Shown here one piece after another: positions 26,011-35,875 of a stretch of DNA of 64,000 nt (within the stretch, counting starts at the first letter, position 1; every line of letters begins with the position of its first letter). Source of the DNA: Gemmatimonadota bacterium (GTDB taxonomy: Bacteria > Gemmatimonadota > Gemmatimonadetes > Palauibacterales > Palauibacteraceae); contig OY762926.1 of NCBI GenBank assembly GCA_963666735.1, positions 2,656,001-2,720,000 on the forward strand, read 5' to 3'. The position numbers were made by a program, and so were the translations under genes. Under the pieces are notes generated by a model. It searched no databases. It was given only the letters and a program-made list of their open reading frames with translations, and was not told the DNA's origin.

Positions 26011-26159
26011 AGGAAGGCCTCCTTCCCACGTCGTCCCCACCCCATTCACGCCGGACCCGCCCTGCGGGCCCGACACCGAACTTCGATCCTCCGGTGGCCC
26101 CGATGCAAGCGGAGGGGCAGGCGGAGGGGGCAGGCGGAAGGCCGCCCGGGGCCCCATGC

Positions 26160-26187
26160 AAGAACGGCCCGCCGAGATGGCGGGCCG
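26160..26187 (-). terminator. Probable terminator hairpin after exbB-like gene
   Basis: CGGCCCGCC-GAGAT-GGCGGGCCG followed by TTCTT on the minus strand. Confidence 0.55.
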
Positions 26188-26251
26188 CTTGTTCGGAACC
26201 TCTTGTGTGCGCCGCGAACGCCGCGGCGACGGGCTCCTCTTCGAGCTGGTC

Positions 26252-26926
26252 CTAGCTGCCCACGCGCTCGTGCAGCGCGTCGATGAGACGCTGGGCGCTC
26301 TCTTCCATGTCGATCACGAGGCGGTCGATCTTCGTCACGAAGTAATTGTGGAAGATGTTGATCGGAATCGCGATCGTGAGACCGGTGGCGGTGGTGATGA
26401 GCGCGACCTTGATCCCGCCGGCGACCAGCGTCGCCTCCACTTCGCCCGCGATCTCGATCGCCTGGAAGGCCATGATCATCCCGATCACGGTTCCGAGGAA
26501 GCCGAGGAGCGGAGCGACGTTCGACAGCGTCGCCAGCCACACGAGACCCTTTTCGAGCCCCGCGACTTCGATGGCGCCGGCGTTCTCCACCGCCTGCGTC
26601 GCGCGCTCGGTCCCTTCGTTGTAGCGGGAGAGCCCGGCGCTGAGGACGTTCCCGGCCGGAGCCCCGGACTCGGTGCAGACTTCGAGCGCCTCCTCGAGGT
26701 GGCCGGAGGCGATCTGTTCGTCGGCCTCCCGGAGAACGTTCTTGTTCTTGCTGCCCTTCAGCTGCAGGTCGACCAGCTTCCAGACGATGATGAGGATCCC
26801 AATGGCCAGCGCGGCGCCGAGCGGCCACATCATCCACCCGCCGGCTTCCCAGATCTCCGCGAGGTTGAGCGTCTGTCCTTCGCCCAGCGTCAGTGTCTCC
26901 TGCAACCAGAGTGTGGACGCGATCAA
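26252..26926 (-). CDS. MotA/TolQ/ExbB proton channel protein
   Basis: APLLGFLGTVIGMI, GIKVALITTATGL. Confidence 0.93.
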   Translation of the reverse strand: MIASTLWLQETLTLGEGQTLNLAEIWEAGGWMMWPLGAALAIGILIIVWKLVDLQLKGSKNKNVLREADEQIASGHLEEALEVCTESGAPAGNVLSAGLSRYNEGTERATQAVENAGAIEVAGLEKGLVWLATLSNVAPLLGFLGTVIGMIMAFQAIEIAGEVEATLVAGGIKVALITTATGLTIAIPINIFHNYFVTKIDRLVIDMEESAQRLIDALHERVGS

Positions 26927-27032
26927 GGTGGGCCTCCCGGTAAGGTTGATCGATTTGACTGACTCGCGGCAACCGATGCACGGAGGCGTCGGAGTGCGAG
27001 CGGAACCAAGCTAGAAGCGGTCTGCGGGACCG

Positions 27033-27929
27033 TCAAGCGGTAGGGCAAGGCCGTTCCCGGAGCCAGAGCCAGGCGCGCGAGCGGTGGATGCGCTCGTAGC
27101 GGGCGGCGAGGCGGATCAGAGCCGGGGAGGTCGCGGTCCCCGCGGAAGCGCCCGTCGCGGCGGGGCCGGGCGCACCGAAAGCGCCGGCCACGCGGTCCGC
27201 GAGGCGCTCGACGATGAGGCGAGGATCGGGCGCCGGGTCGAGCAATTCGTTCAGGCCGATCGCGGGTCCCTTCCCGGAGACCCCCGCCACGGCGCCCTCG
27301 TCCGGCCCGACGTCGCCTCCGCCCAGGTCCCCGAGGCGCTGCCTGTCCTCGAGGAGGATGGACCCGTGCTGAAGCACGGCCCCGCGGCGGCGGCACTGCG
27401 CGCTGCCGACGAGCTTGCGGCCCCGCGCGGTGAGTTCTCCCGGGGCGGGATCGCGAAAGCAGCTCGCGGCGGAGATCCGGGAGGCCTCCGCGAGACTCGC
27501 CTCCGCCGCGTCGCCGCCAACCGTGTCGAGGGGGACACCCAGGGAGCGCAGCCCCTCGTCCAGCGCGCGGTGCACAGTCTGCAGGACGCCCCGGGGCCCG
27601 CCCCACGCCCGGGCCGGACAGGCGAAGGCGTACGTGATCTCCGGTCCATGGAAGACGGACCGGCCACCCGTCGGCCGCCGAACGGCGTCGACGCCGGGGC
27701 GGAGGTCGTCGGGAGCGCGCCCGAGCAGCCGGTCCGGCGCCGCCTGATGCCGGCCGAGCGACAGACACCAGGGCTCCCAGCCATAGAAGCGGAGGAGCGT
27801 CGAACCGTCCGCGGCGAGTTCGAGCATCGCCTCGTCCACGGCCATGTTGCGGGCGCCGTCCGCCACGGCCCAGGGGAGAGCGATGCAGGGAGGCCCCCCG
27901 GGCCGGACACGCGCGCGCCGCGCGGTCAC
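27033..27929 (-). CDS. Lipoate-protein ligase A family (LipM-like octanoyltransferase)
   Basis: NMAVDEA, LSLGRHQ, VRRPTGGRSVFH, KLVGSAQ, LQHGSI; GTGA overlap. Confidence 0.9.
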   Translation of the reverse strand: MTARRARVRPGGPPCIALPWAVADGARNMAVDEAMLELAADGSTLLRFYGWEPWCLSLGRHQAAPDRLLGRAPDDLRPGVDAVRRPTGGRSVFHGPEITYAFACPARAWGGPRGVLQTVHRALDEGLRSLGVPLDTVGGDAAEASLAEASRISAASCFRDPAPGELTARGRKLVGSAQCRRRGAVLQHGSILLEDRQRLGDLGGGDVGPDEGAVAGVSGKGPAIGLNELLDPAPDPRLIVERLADRVAGAFGAPGPAATGASAGTATSPALIRLAARYERIHRSRAWLWLRERPCPTA

Positions 27930-28618
27930 AACTCCAGAGCCTCTCCGGGCTCGAGGATCACGACATCGGCGGCATCGCCCACGGCGTCCGTGAAGCGCGC
28001 CGGATCGACGTCGATCAACTCCCAGGTGCCGTAGTGGTTCGGCACGGCGATGCGGGGTTCGATCATCCTTATCGCGCGCGCGGCGTCCTCCGGGCCCATC
28101 GTGAAGTTGTCTCCGATCGGCACCAGCGCCACGTCCACTTCCCCGTTCAGAAGCTCCATGTCGCGCGTGAGCGCCGTATCTCCGGCGTGGTAGACGCGCG
28201 TGCCGTCCACGGTGAGGAGGATGCCGGCCGGAGTCGTCGTATACGCCTCGGCGCCCGGCGCGTCGATCTTTCCGCCGTGGATCGCCGGGGTGAGCTTGAC
28301 GCGCCCGAACGGGAACTCGTGGGCGCCGCCGATGTGCATGGCGTGGGCGTTCCCGTGGCCCTGCACTTCCCCGGCGTACGACACGATCTCGTAGGTGGCG
28401 ATGAGCTTCGCGTTCGTCGCCTGGAGGATGTCCCAGGTGTCCGCGATGTGGTCGCCGTGCCCGTGCGTGAGGAGGAGATAGTCGAGGCGGTCGGTGAAGT
28501 GTTCCGGTCCGACGTCCGCCACCGGATTCCCGGTCAGAAACGGGTCGATGAGGATCCGCGTTCCGTCCGCCGTCTCGATCTCGTAGCAGCTCTGGCCGTG
28601 AAAGACGAGCCGTGCCAT
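27926..28618 (-). CDS. Metal-dependent hydrolase, MBL fold (UPF0173-like)
   Basis: IDPFLTGNP, THGHGDH, YHAGDT, PIGDNFTM. Confidence 0.92.
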   Translation of the reverse strand: MARLVFHGQSCYEIETADGTRILIDPFLTGNPVADVGPEHFTDRLDYLLLTHGHGDHIADTWDILQATNAKLIATYEIVSYAGEVQGHGNAHAMHIGGAHEFPFGRVKLTPAIHGGKIDAPGAEAYTTTPAGILLTVDGTRVYHAGDTALTRDMELLNGEVDVALVPIGDNFTMGPEDAARAIRMIEPRIAVPNHYGTWELIDVDPARFTDAVGDAADVVILEPGEALEL

Positions 28619-28663
28619 CCGCTTCCTCCTGGTCGCGTAGCTGGTCCCGTGGGTCCCGTACGC

Positions 28664-31579
28664 CTATACCGCCGCCGTGCCGGCGCTCTCGTTTTCGTAG
28701 CTCTCGATCGGCGGACAGGCGCAGACGAGGTTCCGGTCCCCGTACGCGTTGTTCACGCGGCGCACGGGCGGCCAGAACTTCCACTCCCGGGTCGAAGGCG
28801 CCGGCCAGGCCGCTTCCCGCCGCGTGTAGGCGTGCTCCCATGCGTCGGCCGTGACCATCTCCGCGGTGTGGGGCGCGTTCTTCAGCGGATTGTCCTTCGC
28901 ATCCAGCGTCCCGTCCGCGATCCTTCCGATCTCCTCCCGAATCGAGATCAGCGCGTCGACGAGTCGGTCCAGTTCCCGCTTCGACTCGCTCTCGGTGGGC
29001 TCGATCATGATCGTGCCCGCCACCGGGAAGGACATCGTGGGCGCGTGGAATCCGTAGTCCATGAGCCGTTTCGCGACATCCTCGTCCGTCACGCCCGTCC
29101 CCCGCCTGAGCGGACGCAGATCGAGGATGAACTCGTGCGCGACCCGCCCGTGCTCGCCGCGATAGAGCACCTCGAAGTGCTCGCTCAGAAGGCTGGCCAT
29201 GTAGTTGGCGTTGAGCACGGCCGCCTCGGTTGCGGCGCGCACGCCGTCCCGGCCGAGCATGGCGATGTAGGCCCATGAGATCAGGAGAATCGAGGCGCTC
29301 CCCCACGGCGCCGCCGAGACCGGCGGGATCGCCGCTTCGCCGCCGACGTCGATGAGGGGGTGCCCCGGCAGGTACGGCGCGAGTTCATCGGTCACGCAGA
29401 TCGGACCCATCCCCGGGCCCCCGCCGCCGTGCGGAATCGCAAACGTCTTGTGGAGGTTGATGTGGATGACGTCGGCACCGTAGTCGCCCGGCCGGCAGAG
29501 GCCGACCTGGGCGTTGAGGTTGGCGCCATCGAGATATACGAGTCCGCCGTGCTCATGGACGATGTCCGTGACCTCGCGGATGGCCGACTCGAACACGCCG
29601 TGGGTGGACGGATACGTGATCATCGTCGCCGCGAGCCGGTCGGCGTGTTTCTCCGCCTTGGCGCGCAGATCGTCGACGTCGATGTTCCCGTTCTGGTCGC
29701 AGCGGACGACGACGACCTTCATCCCGGCCATCACCGCGCTCGCCGGGTTCGTCCCGTGCGCCGACGAAGGGATGAGGCACACGTCCCGGTGTCCCTCGCC
29801 CCGGTGCGCGTGCCGGGCCGCGATCACGAGGAGGCCGGTGTACTCCCCCTGTGCCCCCGAGTTCGGCTGCAGCGAGCAGGCGGGCAGTCCGCTCATCTCG
29901 CACAGCCACCGTTCCAGGTCGTCGAACAGGCGCCGATAGCCCCCGGCCTGGTCCACGGGGGCGAACGGGTGCAGGGACCCGAACTCCGGCCAGGTGACGG
30001 GGATCATCTCGGATGTCGCGTTGAGCTTCATCGTGCACGATCCGAGCGGGATCATGCTCGTGTTCAGCGACAGGTCCCGGGTTTCGAGCTTGTGGATGTA
30101 CCGCAGCATCTCGGTCTCGGAATGATACCGGTTGAAGACCGGGTGCTCGAGAACCCTCGAGGTGCGCGCGAGTTCCGCGGGATAGACGGGCTCCGGAATG
30201 TCCGCGACGACGTCCGCGGCGCGGAGTCCCGGTCCCTCCTCGCCCCCGCCACCCCCGAAGACCGCGAACAGGTCCTCGAGGTCCTCGCCCCGCACCGTCT
30301 CATCGAGCGCGATCCCGACGGTCCCATCCTCGAAGTCTCGCAGGTTGATGCCGCGCTCGCGCGCCCTGTCGAGAATCTCGGCGGAGGTGAAGCCGGAGGG
30401 GATGACCTGCAGGGTATCGAAGAACTGCTCGTGAACGATGGTGTGGCCGAGTCGGTCGAGTCCGCGGGCGAGGGCCCACGTCAACTTGCGGACGCGGGTC
30501 GCGATGGCGCGGATACCCTCCGGCCCGTGATACACGGCGTACATCCCGGCCATGATCGCGAGCAGCACCTGCGCGGTGCAGATGTTCGAGGTCGCCTTCT
30601 CTCGCCGAATGTGCTGCTCCCGCGTCTGAAGGGCCATCCGGAGCGCGGGATTCCCGTCCGCGTCGACCGAAACGCCGATAATCCGCCCCGGCAGCTTGCG
30701 CTTGAATGCGTCCGTGGCCGCGAGGTAGGCGGCGTGCGGCCCGCCGTAGCCCATGGGCACGCCGAATCGCTGAGAGTTGCCGACTGCGATGTCCGCGCCG
30801 AACTCGCCCGGCGGCACGAGCAGCGCGAGCGCGAGGAGGTCGGCTGCGACCACGACTCCGGCCCCGTGCTCGTGAAGGGCGTCGCAGAGACCCCGGTAGT
30901 CGAAAACCGCGCCTTCCGTGGTCGGGTACTGCAGCAGCGCGCCGAAGGCATCGTCCGGATCGTGGGCGGCGATGTCGCCGTGCTGGAAGAGCCGAACCTG
31001 GATTCCCAGCGGCCGGGCGCGGCCGCGGACGACGGCGACGGTCTGGGGGTGGCAGGCCTCGGATACGAGGAAGACGTTCCGGTCGTCGCTCCCCTTGCCG
31101 CCCCAGAGCATGAGCATCGCTTCCGCCGCGGCGGTGCCCTCGTCAAGGAGCGAGGCGTTCGCGATCGGAAGCCCCGTGAGGTCGATGACCATCGTCTGGA
31201 AGTTGAGCAGGGCCTCGAGGCGCCCCTGGGAGATCTCGGCCTGGTAGGGCGTATACTGTGTATACCAGCCGGGGTTCTCAAGGATGTTCCGGAGGATGAC
31301 GCCGGGCGTCAGCGTCCCGTGGTACCCCAGCCCGAGGTAGGACCGGAAGGGGCGGTTGAGGCGGGCGAGCTCCCCCGCGCGGTCAAGAAGCCTCCGCTCG
31401 GTGACCGCTTCGGGGAGGTCGAGGTCGCGACCCAAGCGGATCGGTTCGGGAACGGTCTCCTCGACAAGCTCGCCCAGGGTCGTCGCGCCCGTCACCTCCA
31501 GCATCGGCTCGATATCCGCGGGCGCCAGGCCTATGTGGCGCCCGGCGAACTCGCCGAACGGCTCCATTTCCAACTGCAT
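28664..31579 (-). CDS. gcvP: Glycine dehydrogenase (P protein)
   Basis: [29 protein letters not shown]. Confidence 0.98.
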   Translation of the reverse strand: MQLEMEPFGEFAGRHIGLAPADIEPMLEVTGATTLGELVEETVPEPIRLGRDLDLPEAVTERRLLDRAGELARLNRPFRSYLGLGYHGTLTPGVILRNILENPGWYTQYTPYQAEISQGRLEALLNFQTMVIDLTGLPIANASLLDEGTAAAEAMLMLWGGKGSDDRNVFLVSEACHPQTVAVVRGRARPLGIQVRLFQHGDIAAHDPDDAFGALLQYPTTEGAVFDYRGLCDALHEHGAGVVVAADLLALALLVPPGEFGADIAVGNSQRFGVPMGYGGPHAAYLAATDAFKRKLPGRIIGVSVDADGNPALRMALQTREQHIRREKATSNICTAQVLLAIMAGMYAVYHGPEGIRAIATRVRKLTWALARGLDRLGHTIVHEQFFDTLQVIPSGFTSAEILDRARERGINLRDFEDGTVGIALDETVRGEDLEDLFAVFGGGGGEEGPGLRAADVVADIPEPVYPAELARTSRVLEHPVFNRYHSETEMLRYIHKLETRDLSLNTSMIPLGSCTMKLNATSEMIPVTWPEFGSLHPFAPVDQAGGYRRLFDDLERWLCEMSGLPACSLQPNSGAQGEYTGLLVIAARHAHRGEGHRDVCLIPSSAHGTNPASAVMAGMKVVVVRCDQNGNIDVDDLRAKAEKHADRLAATMITYPSTHGVFESAIREVTDIVHEHGGLVYLDGANLNAQVGLCRPGDYGADVIHINLHKTFAIPHGGGGPGMGPICVTDELAPYLPGHPLIDVGGEAAIPPVSAAPWGSASILLISWAYIAMLGRDGVRAATEAAVLNANYMASLLSEHFEVLYRGEHGRVAHEFILDLRPLRRGTGVTDEDVAKRLMDYGFHAPTMSFPVAGTIMIEPTESESKRELDRLVDALISIREEIGRIADGTLDAKDNPLKNAPHTAEMVTADAWEHAYTRREAAWPAPSTREWKFWPPVRRVNNAYGDRNLVCACPPIESYENESAGTAAV

Positions 31580-31595
31580 GTTCAGGAGCGGGCCG

Positions 31596-31997
31596 TCAGA
31601 TCTCGTCCGCGTCGGCGACGAGAGCGGCGTACTGTTCGGCAGTGAGGAGGTCGTCGAAGTCTTCGGGCGCTTCGAGCTCGAGCCGGATCATCCATCCCTC
31701 ACCGTAGGTATCGCTGTTGACGAGACCGGGGTCGGCCTCCAGAGCGTCGTTCACCGCCACGATCGTTCCCGCGGCGGGGCAGAAGAGTTCGGAGACGGTC
31801 TTCACGGCCTCGACGGTCCCGAAGGCCTCCATCTGTCCGAACTCCTCGCCGGGCGCGGGGAGTTCGACGTAGACCACATCGCCCAGTTCGCCCTGGGCGT
31901 AGTCCGTGACCCCGATCAAGACCTCGCCGTCGACATCGGTTTCCCGCACGTACTCGTGCTCGGGCGTGTATCTGAGGTCTTCCGGAATGTCCGACAT
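31596..31997 (-). CDS. gcvH: Glycine cleavage H protein
   Basis: [28 protein letters not shown] (lipoyl Lys), YGEGWM. Confidence 0.97.
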   Translation of the reverse strand: MSDIPEDLRYTPEHEYVRETDVDGEVLIGVTDYAQGELGDVVYVELPAPGEEFGQMEAFGTVEAVKTVSELFCPAAGTIVAVNDALEADPGLVNSDTYGEGWMIRLELEAPEDFDDLLTAEQYAALVADADEI

Positions 31998-32048
31998 GCG
32001 TACCTTGCCTTGCTTCGGATCGAACGTCTCTGGGCTGGCGGCGTGGAG

Positions 32049-32078
32049 ACTATACCCGAGCCGCGAGCCGGGCGTCAA
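32049..32078 (-). promoter_or_regulatory. sigma70-type promoter of gcvH-gcvP
   Basis: TTGACG-N18-TATAGT on the minus strand, about 50 nt upstream of gcvH. Confidence 0.7.
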
Positions 32079-32089
32079 GCAACCCGCCG

Positions 32090-32815
32090 CTAGTCGCCGG
32101 AAGCGAGTCTTCGCCGGGCCTTGCGGTCCTTTCTGATCCGCTTCCGCGCGTCCCTCGCGCTCTCGCCCGGGTGTCGCTCGACGACGTCGACGCCTCCCAT
32201 GCAAACGAGACCGGTGAGGCGGATGACCGGGGCGTCCGGGGCCGGCGGCGTGTCGCGTTCCGGCGTGCTCACGCCCCCCATCAGCGCGATGCCGCCCCAC
32301 TCGACGCGGACCCCCGGCGGAACGACGATGTCCACGCCTCCCATCAGCGCGAGGAGCCGGACCGAAACCGTGCCCGTCGCGAACGTCGCCTGCCGGAAAT
32401 CGAGGTCCGTACCGCCCATCACGGCGATCGCGGTGAGCTGGCGGGGGGGGACCCAGCTTCCCTTGCGCTCCGTCGCCCCCCAGATCGAGACGATGAGGTC
32501 GTTCTCCTGGACGGGTCGCGACGGGTCCACCGGCACGGAGGGAGCCGCCGGGGATGCGGCGACGTCCGCTGCGACGGACGCTGCGTCGGGCGTCGTCGCG
32601 GGCACGGGGACGGCGGGGCGCCTCTCGCTCCGCAGCGCGGGCAGGTCCTGCTCGAGCGCAACGAGTTCGGCCCGGGTGCGCGCGGCGTACGCGATGTCCA
32701 GGCGGCGTTCCAACTCCGTCGTGTTCATGGCGTCGCGCGCGAAATGGGCGCAGAGACGGTCCACCGTCGCCTGCCGCTCCTCCGGCGACAACGCCCGCTG
32801 TTGGCTGTCCGTCAT
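32090..32815 (-). CDS. DUF1707 (SHOCT-like) + LiaF/DUF2154-like protein
   Basis: ERQATVDRL...ELERRL..A..ARTRAEL...DLP; MGGTDLDFR, MGGVDIVVP. Confidence 0.85.
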   Translation of the reverse strand: MTDSQQRALSPEERQATVDRLCAHFARDAMNTTELERRLDIAYAARTRAELVALEQDLPALRSERRPAVPVPATTPDAASVAADVAASPAAPSVPVDPSRPVQENDLIVSIWGATERKGSWVPPRQLTAIAVMGGTDLDFRQATFATGTVSVRLLALMGGVDIVVPPGVRVEWGGIALMGGVSTPERDTPPAPDAPVIRLTGLVCMGGVDVVERHPGESARDARKRIRKDRKARRRLASGD

Positions 32816-32903
32816 CTCCTCCTCGCCGTCTGGCCGGCCTGATTCTCACGCAAGGTGACAGGTCGAGCAACAGGTCGAGCAACGCGAAAAAGCTTGAAAA
32901 AAC

Positions 32904-32932
32904 TTGCAGCACGGGCGGACGGACGGCATCAT
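32904..32932 (+). promoter_or_regulatory. sigma70-type promoter of stand-alone small transcript
   Basis: TTGCAG-N17-CATCAT preceded by two phased A-tracts (AAAAAGCTTG AAAAAACTTG). Confidence 0.65.
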
Positions 32933-32990
32933 GGCGTACAACAGGTGCTTTCATGCCCTATCCGTGAACCCCTTGGAAGGAGGTGATCTA

Positions 32991-33056
32991 GTGTCTGAAG
33001 GATGTAGAACCGGGTCTGACTCGGCACGGGCAAGCGATCGCCTCGAGGCTGCGTAA
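32991..33056 (+). CDS. 21-aa small ORF MSEGCRTGSDSARASDRLEAA
   Basis: GTG lies 7 nt after GGAGG of a maximal Shine-Dalgarno; TAA at 33054-33056. Confidence 0.45.
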   Translation: MSEGCRTGSDSARASDRLEAA

Positions 33057-33152
33057 CCGGTCTTGAACCGGTGGCGCTCGAGACATGCGCCGACCTGAAA
33101 GCTGCGGCGCCTCGCCGGCGTCGCGTCGAGTCAGGTTGCGGTTGAGACAAGA

Positions 33153-33191
33153 GCCGGCCGCGGGCTTCACGCTCGCGGCCGGTTTCCTTTT
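33153..33191 (+). terminator. Intrinsic terminator
   Basis: GCCGGCCGCGGGC-TTCAC-GCTCGCGGCCGGT then TTCCTTTT. Confidence 0.85.
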
Positions 33192-33211
33192 CGCCCTCCC
33201 TCCGCCCTAAG

Positions 33212-34015
33212 ATGTCGTTATTCAGCAAATACACCGGAGCCGGCAACGACTTCGTGATCGTGCGCGGTGAAGAACTGGGCCTCCGGGATGCGGGGGCTCT
33301 GGCCGCCGCGCTGTGCCCCCGCGCGACGGGTGTCGGCGTGGACGGCCTGATCACGGTCCGAAGCCTGAGCGAAGACGTCGTCCGTCTCCGGTTCTTCAAT
33401 CGCGACGGCTCCGAGTTCTCCACCTGCGGGAACGGTTCGCGGTGCGCGGCGCGCTACGCGGTGGACCGGGGGCTCGTGCCCCCCGAACACATCCTCGTGA
33501 CGGACGACGGTGAGATCCTGGCGCGGGTACGGGAGGACGGCGTGGCCCTCGAATACGCGCTCGATGCCCGCGTGGAACGCGAGTTGAGCGCGCGCGTCGG
33601 TACCGGGAAGCGGCGGGAACGCGACGCGTGGCTCGTGCGGATGGGGACGGCGCACCTCGTGATCCCCGTCCGGTCGGTGGACGTGGAGGATTTCGACAAT
33701 CTCTGCCGGCCCCTGCGGTGGCGAGAAGATGTCGGTCCGGGAGGGGCGAACGTGCACCTTGTCGCCCGCGACGGAGAGACCGCGGTCATCCGTACCTTCG
33801 AACGGGGCGTGGAGGCGGAGACGCTCGCCTGCGGCAGCGGGTGCATGGCGGCTGCGTTCGCGCTTCGGGCCGCGGGCGAGGCGGGGGACCGGGTCGAGTT
33901 CCTCGCCCGGTCCGGGGCCCGGTTGACGGTGGAGTTCATCGAGGCGGAGCGCATCCGCCTCACCGGACCGGCGGTGTTCATCTTCGATGGCGTCTTCCCC
34001 GAAGCCACGCGCTGA
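33212..34015 (+). CDS. dapF: Diaminopimelate epimerase
   Basis: KYTGAGNDF, CGNGSRC, RTFERGVEAETLACGSG. Confidence 0.95.
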   Translation: MSLFSKYTGAGNDFVIVRGEELGLRDAGALAAALCPRATGVGVDGLITVRSLSEDVVRLRFFNRDGSEFSTCGNGSRCAARYAVDRGLVPPEHILVTDDGEILARVREDGVALEYALDARVERELSARVGTGKRRERDAWLVRMGTAHLVIPVRSVDVEDFDNLCRPLRWREDVGPGGANVHLVARDGETAVIRTFERGVEAETLACGSGCMAAAFALRAAGEAGDRVEFLARSGARLTVEFIEAERIRLTGPAVFIFDGVFPEATR

Positions 34016-35120
34016 CCCGGAGGCGCCCGCGGTGGCGGCGCCGCTGCTGGAATGGTTCGACGCCCGGCAGCGGGACGACATCGCCTGGCGCGGAGAGCGG
34101 GACCCCTACGCGATTCTCGTGGCCGAAGTCATGGCGCAGCAGACGCGCGTGGAAACCGCGGCGCCGTACCATCGGCGGTTCATGCATCGCTTTCCCGACG
34201 TGCGGACCCTCGCGGAAGCGGAGGAGGACGAGGTTCTCGGCCTCTGGGAGGGGTTGGGGTACTACGCGCGGGCCCGCAACCTGCGGCGTGCGGCGCGGCG
34301 CGTGGTTTCGGAATTCGGCGGTCGGATCCCGAGGGCGGTGGCGGAGCTGCGGACGCTCCCGGGGGTGGGCCCGTATACGGCGGGCGCCGTCGCCAGTGTG
34401 GCGTTCGGGCTGCCGGAACCCGCCGTCGACGGCAACGCCCGCCGCGTTCTGTCGCGCTTGGGGGATCTTGAGACGGCCTCTCCGTCCGAACTCGATCGCG
34501 CCGCGCGCATCCTCCTCCGCGAGGCCTCGGAGCGACCGGGCGATCTGAACCAGGCGCTGATGGATCTCGGGAGCGCGGTCTGTACGCCGCGCCGCCCGGG
34601 GTGCGGCGTGTGTCCGCTATCGACGCGATGTCTGGCACGGCGGCGGGGCACGATCGGCCAGCGGCCCCCGAGGAAGAGGCGCGCTCGATCTCCGGAGCGG
34701 GTCGAGGCGGCGGCCGTGGTCCGTCGCGGCGGACGGGTGCTCGTGCTGCGGCGGCCGTCGGAGGGGCTCCTGGGTGGCCTGTGGGATTTCCCCTCCGTCG
34801 GGCTGCCCTCGCCGACCCCGCCGACCTCGCCGGCGGCGGTGCTCACGAGCGCTCTCCGGGAGGATCTCGGCCTCGATTGTCGCGTGGCCGGGGAGAGTCG
34901 CGTGCTGCGACATACGTTCAGCCACTTCCGTTTGCGGCTCGCGGTGCACTGGGCCCGGTGGCGGTCCGGCGAGGTCTCGACGCGGCGGCCGCACCGCTGG
35001 GTCGGTCCCGGGGAGTTCGACGACCTCGCTTTTCCCGCCTATCTCCGGCGGCTGATCGATGAGGATGTCTCCCCGAAAGCTGTCTCCTCGAAAGCTGTCT
35101 CCTCGATAAACGCGAGGTAG
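33987..35120 (+). CDS. mutY: A/G-specific adenine glycosylase
   Basis: EVMAQQT, WEGLGYYARARNL, LPGVGPYTA, VDGN, C-X6-C-X2-C-X5-C. Confidence 0.96.
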   Translation: MASSPKPRADPEAPAVAAPLLEWFDARQRDDIAWRGERDPYAILVAEVMAQQTRVETAAPYHRRFMHRFPDVRTLAEAEEDEVLGLWEGLGYYARARNLRRAARRVVSEFGGRIPRAVAELRTLPGVGPYTAGAVASVAFGLPEPAVDGNARRVLSRLGDLETASPSELDRAARILLREASERPGDLNQALMDLGSAVCTPRRPGCGVCPLSTRCLARRRGTIGQRPPRKRRARSPERVEAAAVVRRGGRVLVLRRPSEGLLGGLWDFPSVGLPSPTPPTSPAAVLTSALREDLGLDCRVAGESRVLRHTFSHFRLRLAVHWARWRSGEVSTRRPHRWVGPGEFDDLAFPAYLRRLIDEDVSPKAVSSKAVSSINAR

Positions 35121-35875
35121 GCGCGGATCGTAAGGTCGGCCGCCGCGTGGTGGGAGGCGGGAAGGTCCCCGTAGACGGCGGCCCGGATGCGGGCCGGGGT
35201 TCGGGCGCCGGCCTCCAGCGCCCGCCGGACGGCCGCCACGCGCCGGAGACGGTGCGCGCGGCATTCCTCGAGCCGTGCGAGCGCGTCCCCGACCGGTGGA
35301 CCGTGTCCGGGGAACAGGCGCCCGGGACGGAGGGCCGCGAGACTCGCGAGACTCGCGAGATAGGCCCCCACGGAACCGTCCGGGTGGGCAATCATGGTGC
35401 TTCCCTCTCCGAGCACGAGATCCCCCGTGAAGAGGGCGCGCGAGGGTTCGAGCAGGTAGCAGAGGTGGTCCGCGGAATGTCCGGGCGCCGGGACCGCCCG
35501 CAAACGGATTCCCTCCCCCGTCTCCATGGCCTCGTCATCGGCGAGCGCGCGGCCCGCCAACTCCAGGCGGTCGAGGGTGGCGGCGGCGGCGCGGAGTTCT
35601 CCCCAGCGGGCCGCCGCGGCGGCGGCGGACGCGGAGTGGTCCGCGTGCGCGTGGGTCAGACAGACGGCCGCCACGGATCTTCCGGCGATCACCTCGTCGA
35701 CACGGCCGAGGTGCGCTTCATCCCGCGGCCCGGGGTCCAGCACGACCACGGGGCCGGTCCCGATCACATACGTCTGCGTCCCGGTAAGCGTGAGCGGGCC
35801 CGGGTTGTCGGCGCGAACCGCCGTGATGTCCGATCCGTGCCGGACGATGCGGGACGGGCGCACGCTCGAGATCAC
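35039..35875 (-). CDS. MBL-fold metallo-hydrolase
   Basis: NPGPLTLTGT, THAHADH, PGHSADH, FTGD, PGHG; GTGA overlap with NUDIX gene. Confidence 0.9.
   Translation of the reverse strand: MISSVRPSRIVRHGSDITAVRADNPGPLTLTGTQTYVIGTGPVVVLDPGPRDEAHLGRVDEVIAGRSVAAVCLTHAHADHSASAAAAAARWGELRAAAATLDRLELAGRALADDEAMETGEGIRLRAVPAPGHSADHLCYLLEPSRALFTGDLVLGEGSTMIAHPDGSVGAYLASLASLAALRPGRLFPGHGPPVGDALARLEECRAHRLRRVAAVRRALEAGARTPARIRAAVYGDLPASHHAAADLTIRAYLAFIEETAFEETAFGETSSSISRRR

Larger units (their letters stand above)
32939..33191 (+). ncRNA. Candidate structured RNA / small-ORF mRNA of unknown class
   Basis: Own promoter and terminator; AAGGAGGTGATC; nested helices (32992-96/33145-49, 33008-12/33139-43, 33016-23/33127-34, 33042-47/33077-82, 33056-61/33067-72, 33087-92/33105-10). 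Confidence 0.6.

Noticed and set aside
26252..31997. Missing partners (exbD, gcvT, E1 alpha, recF/gyrB, mnmE/mnmG) as gene loss
   Set aside because: They may lie outside the window; split operons are common.
32939..33191. Glycine riboswitch, tmRNA or 16S rRNA fragment
   Set aside because: It is on the opposite strand to gcvH and lacks aptamer motifs. It has no tRNA-like ends or CCA. The 16S match is only the antisense terminal 12-15 nt. 6S RNA cannot be excluded without a covariance search.
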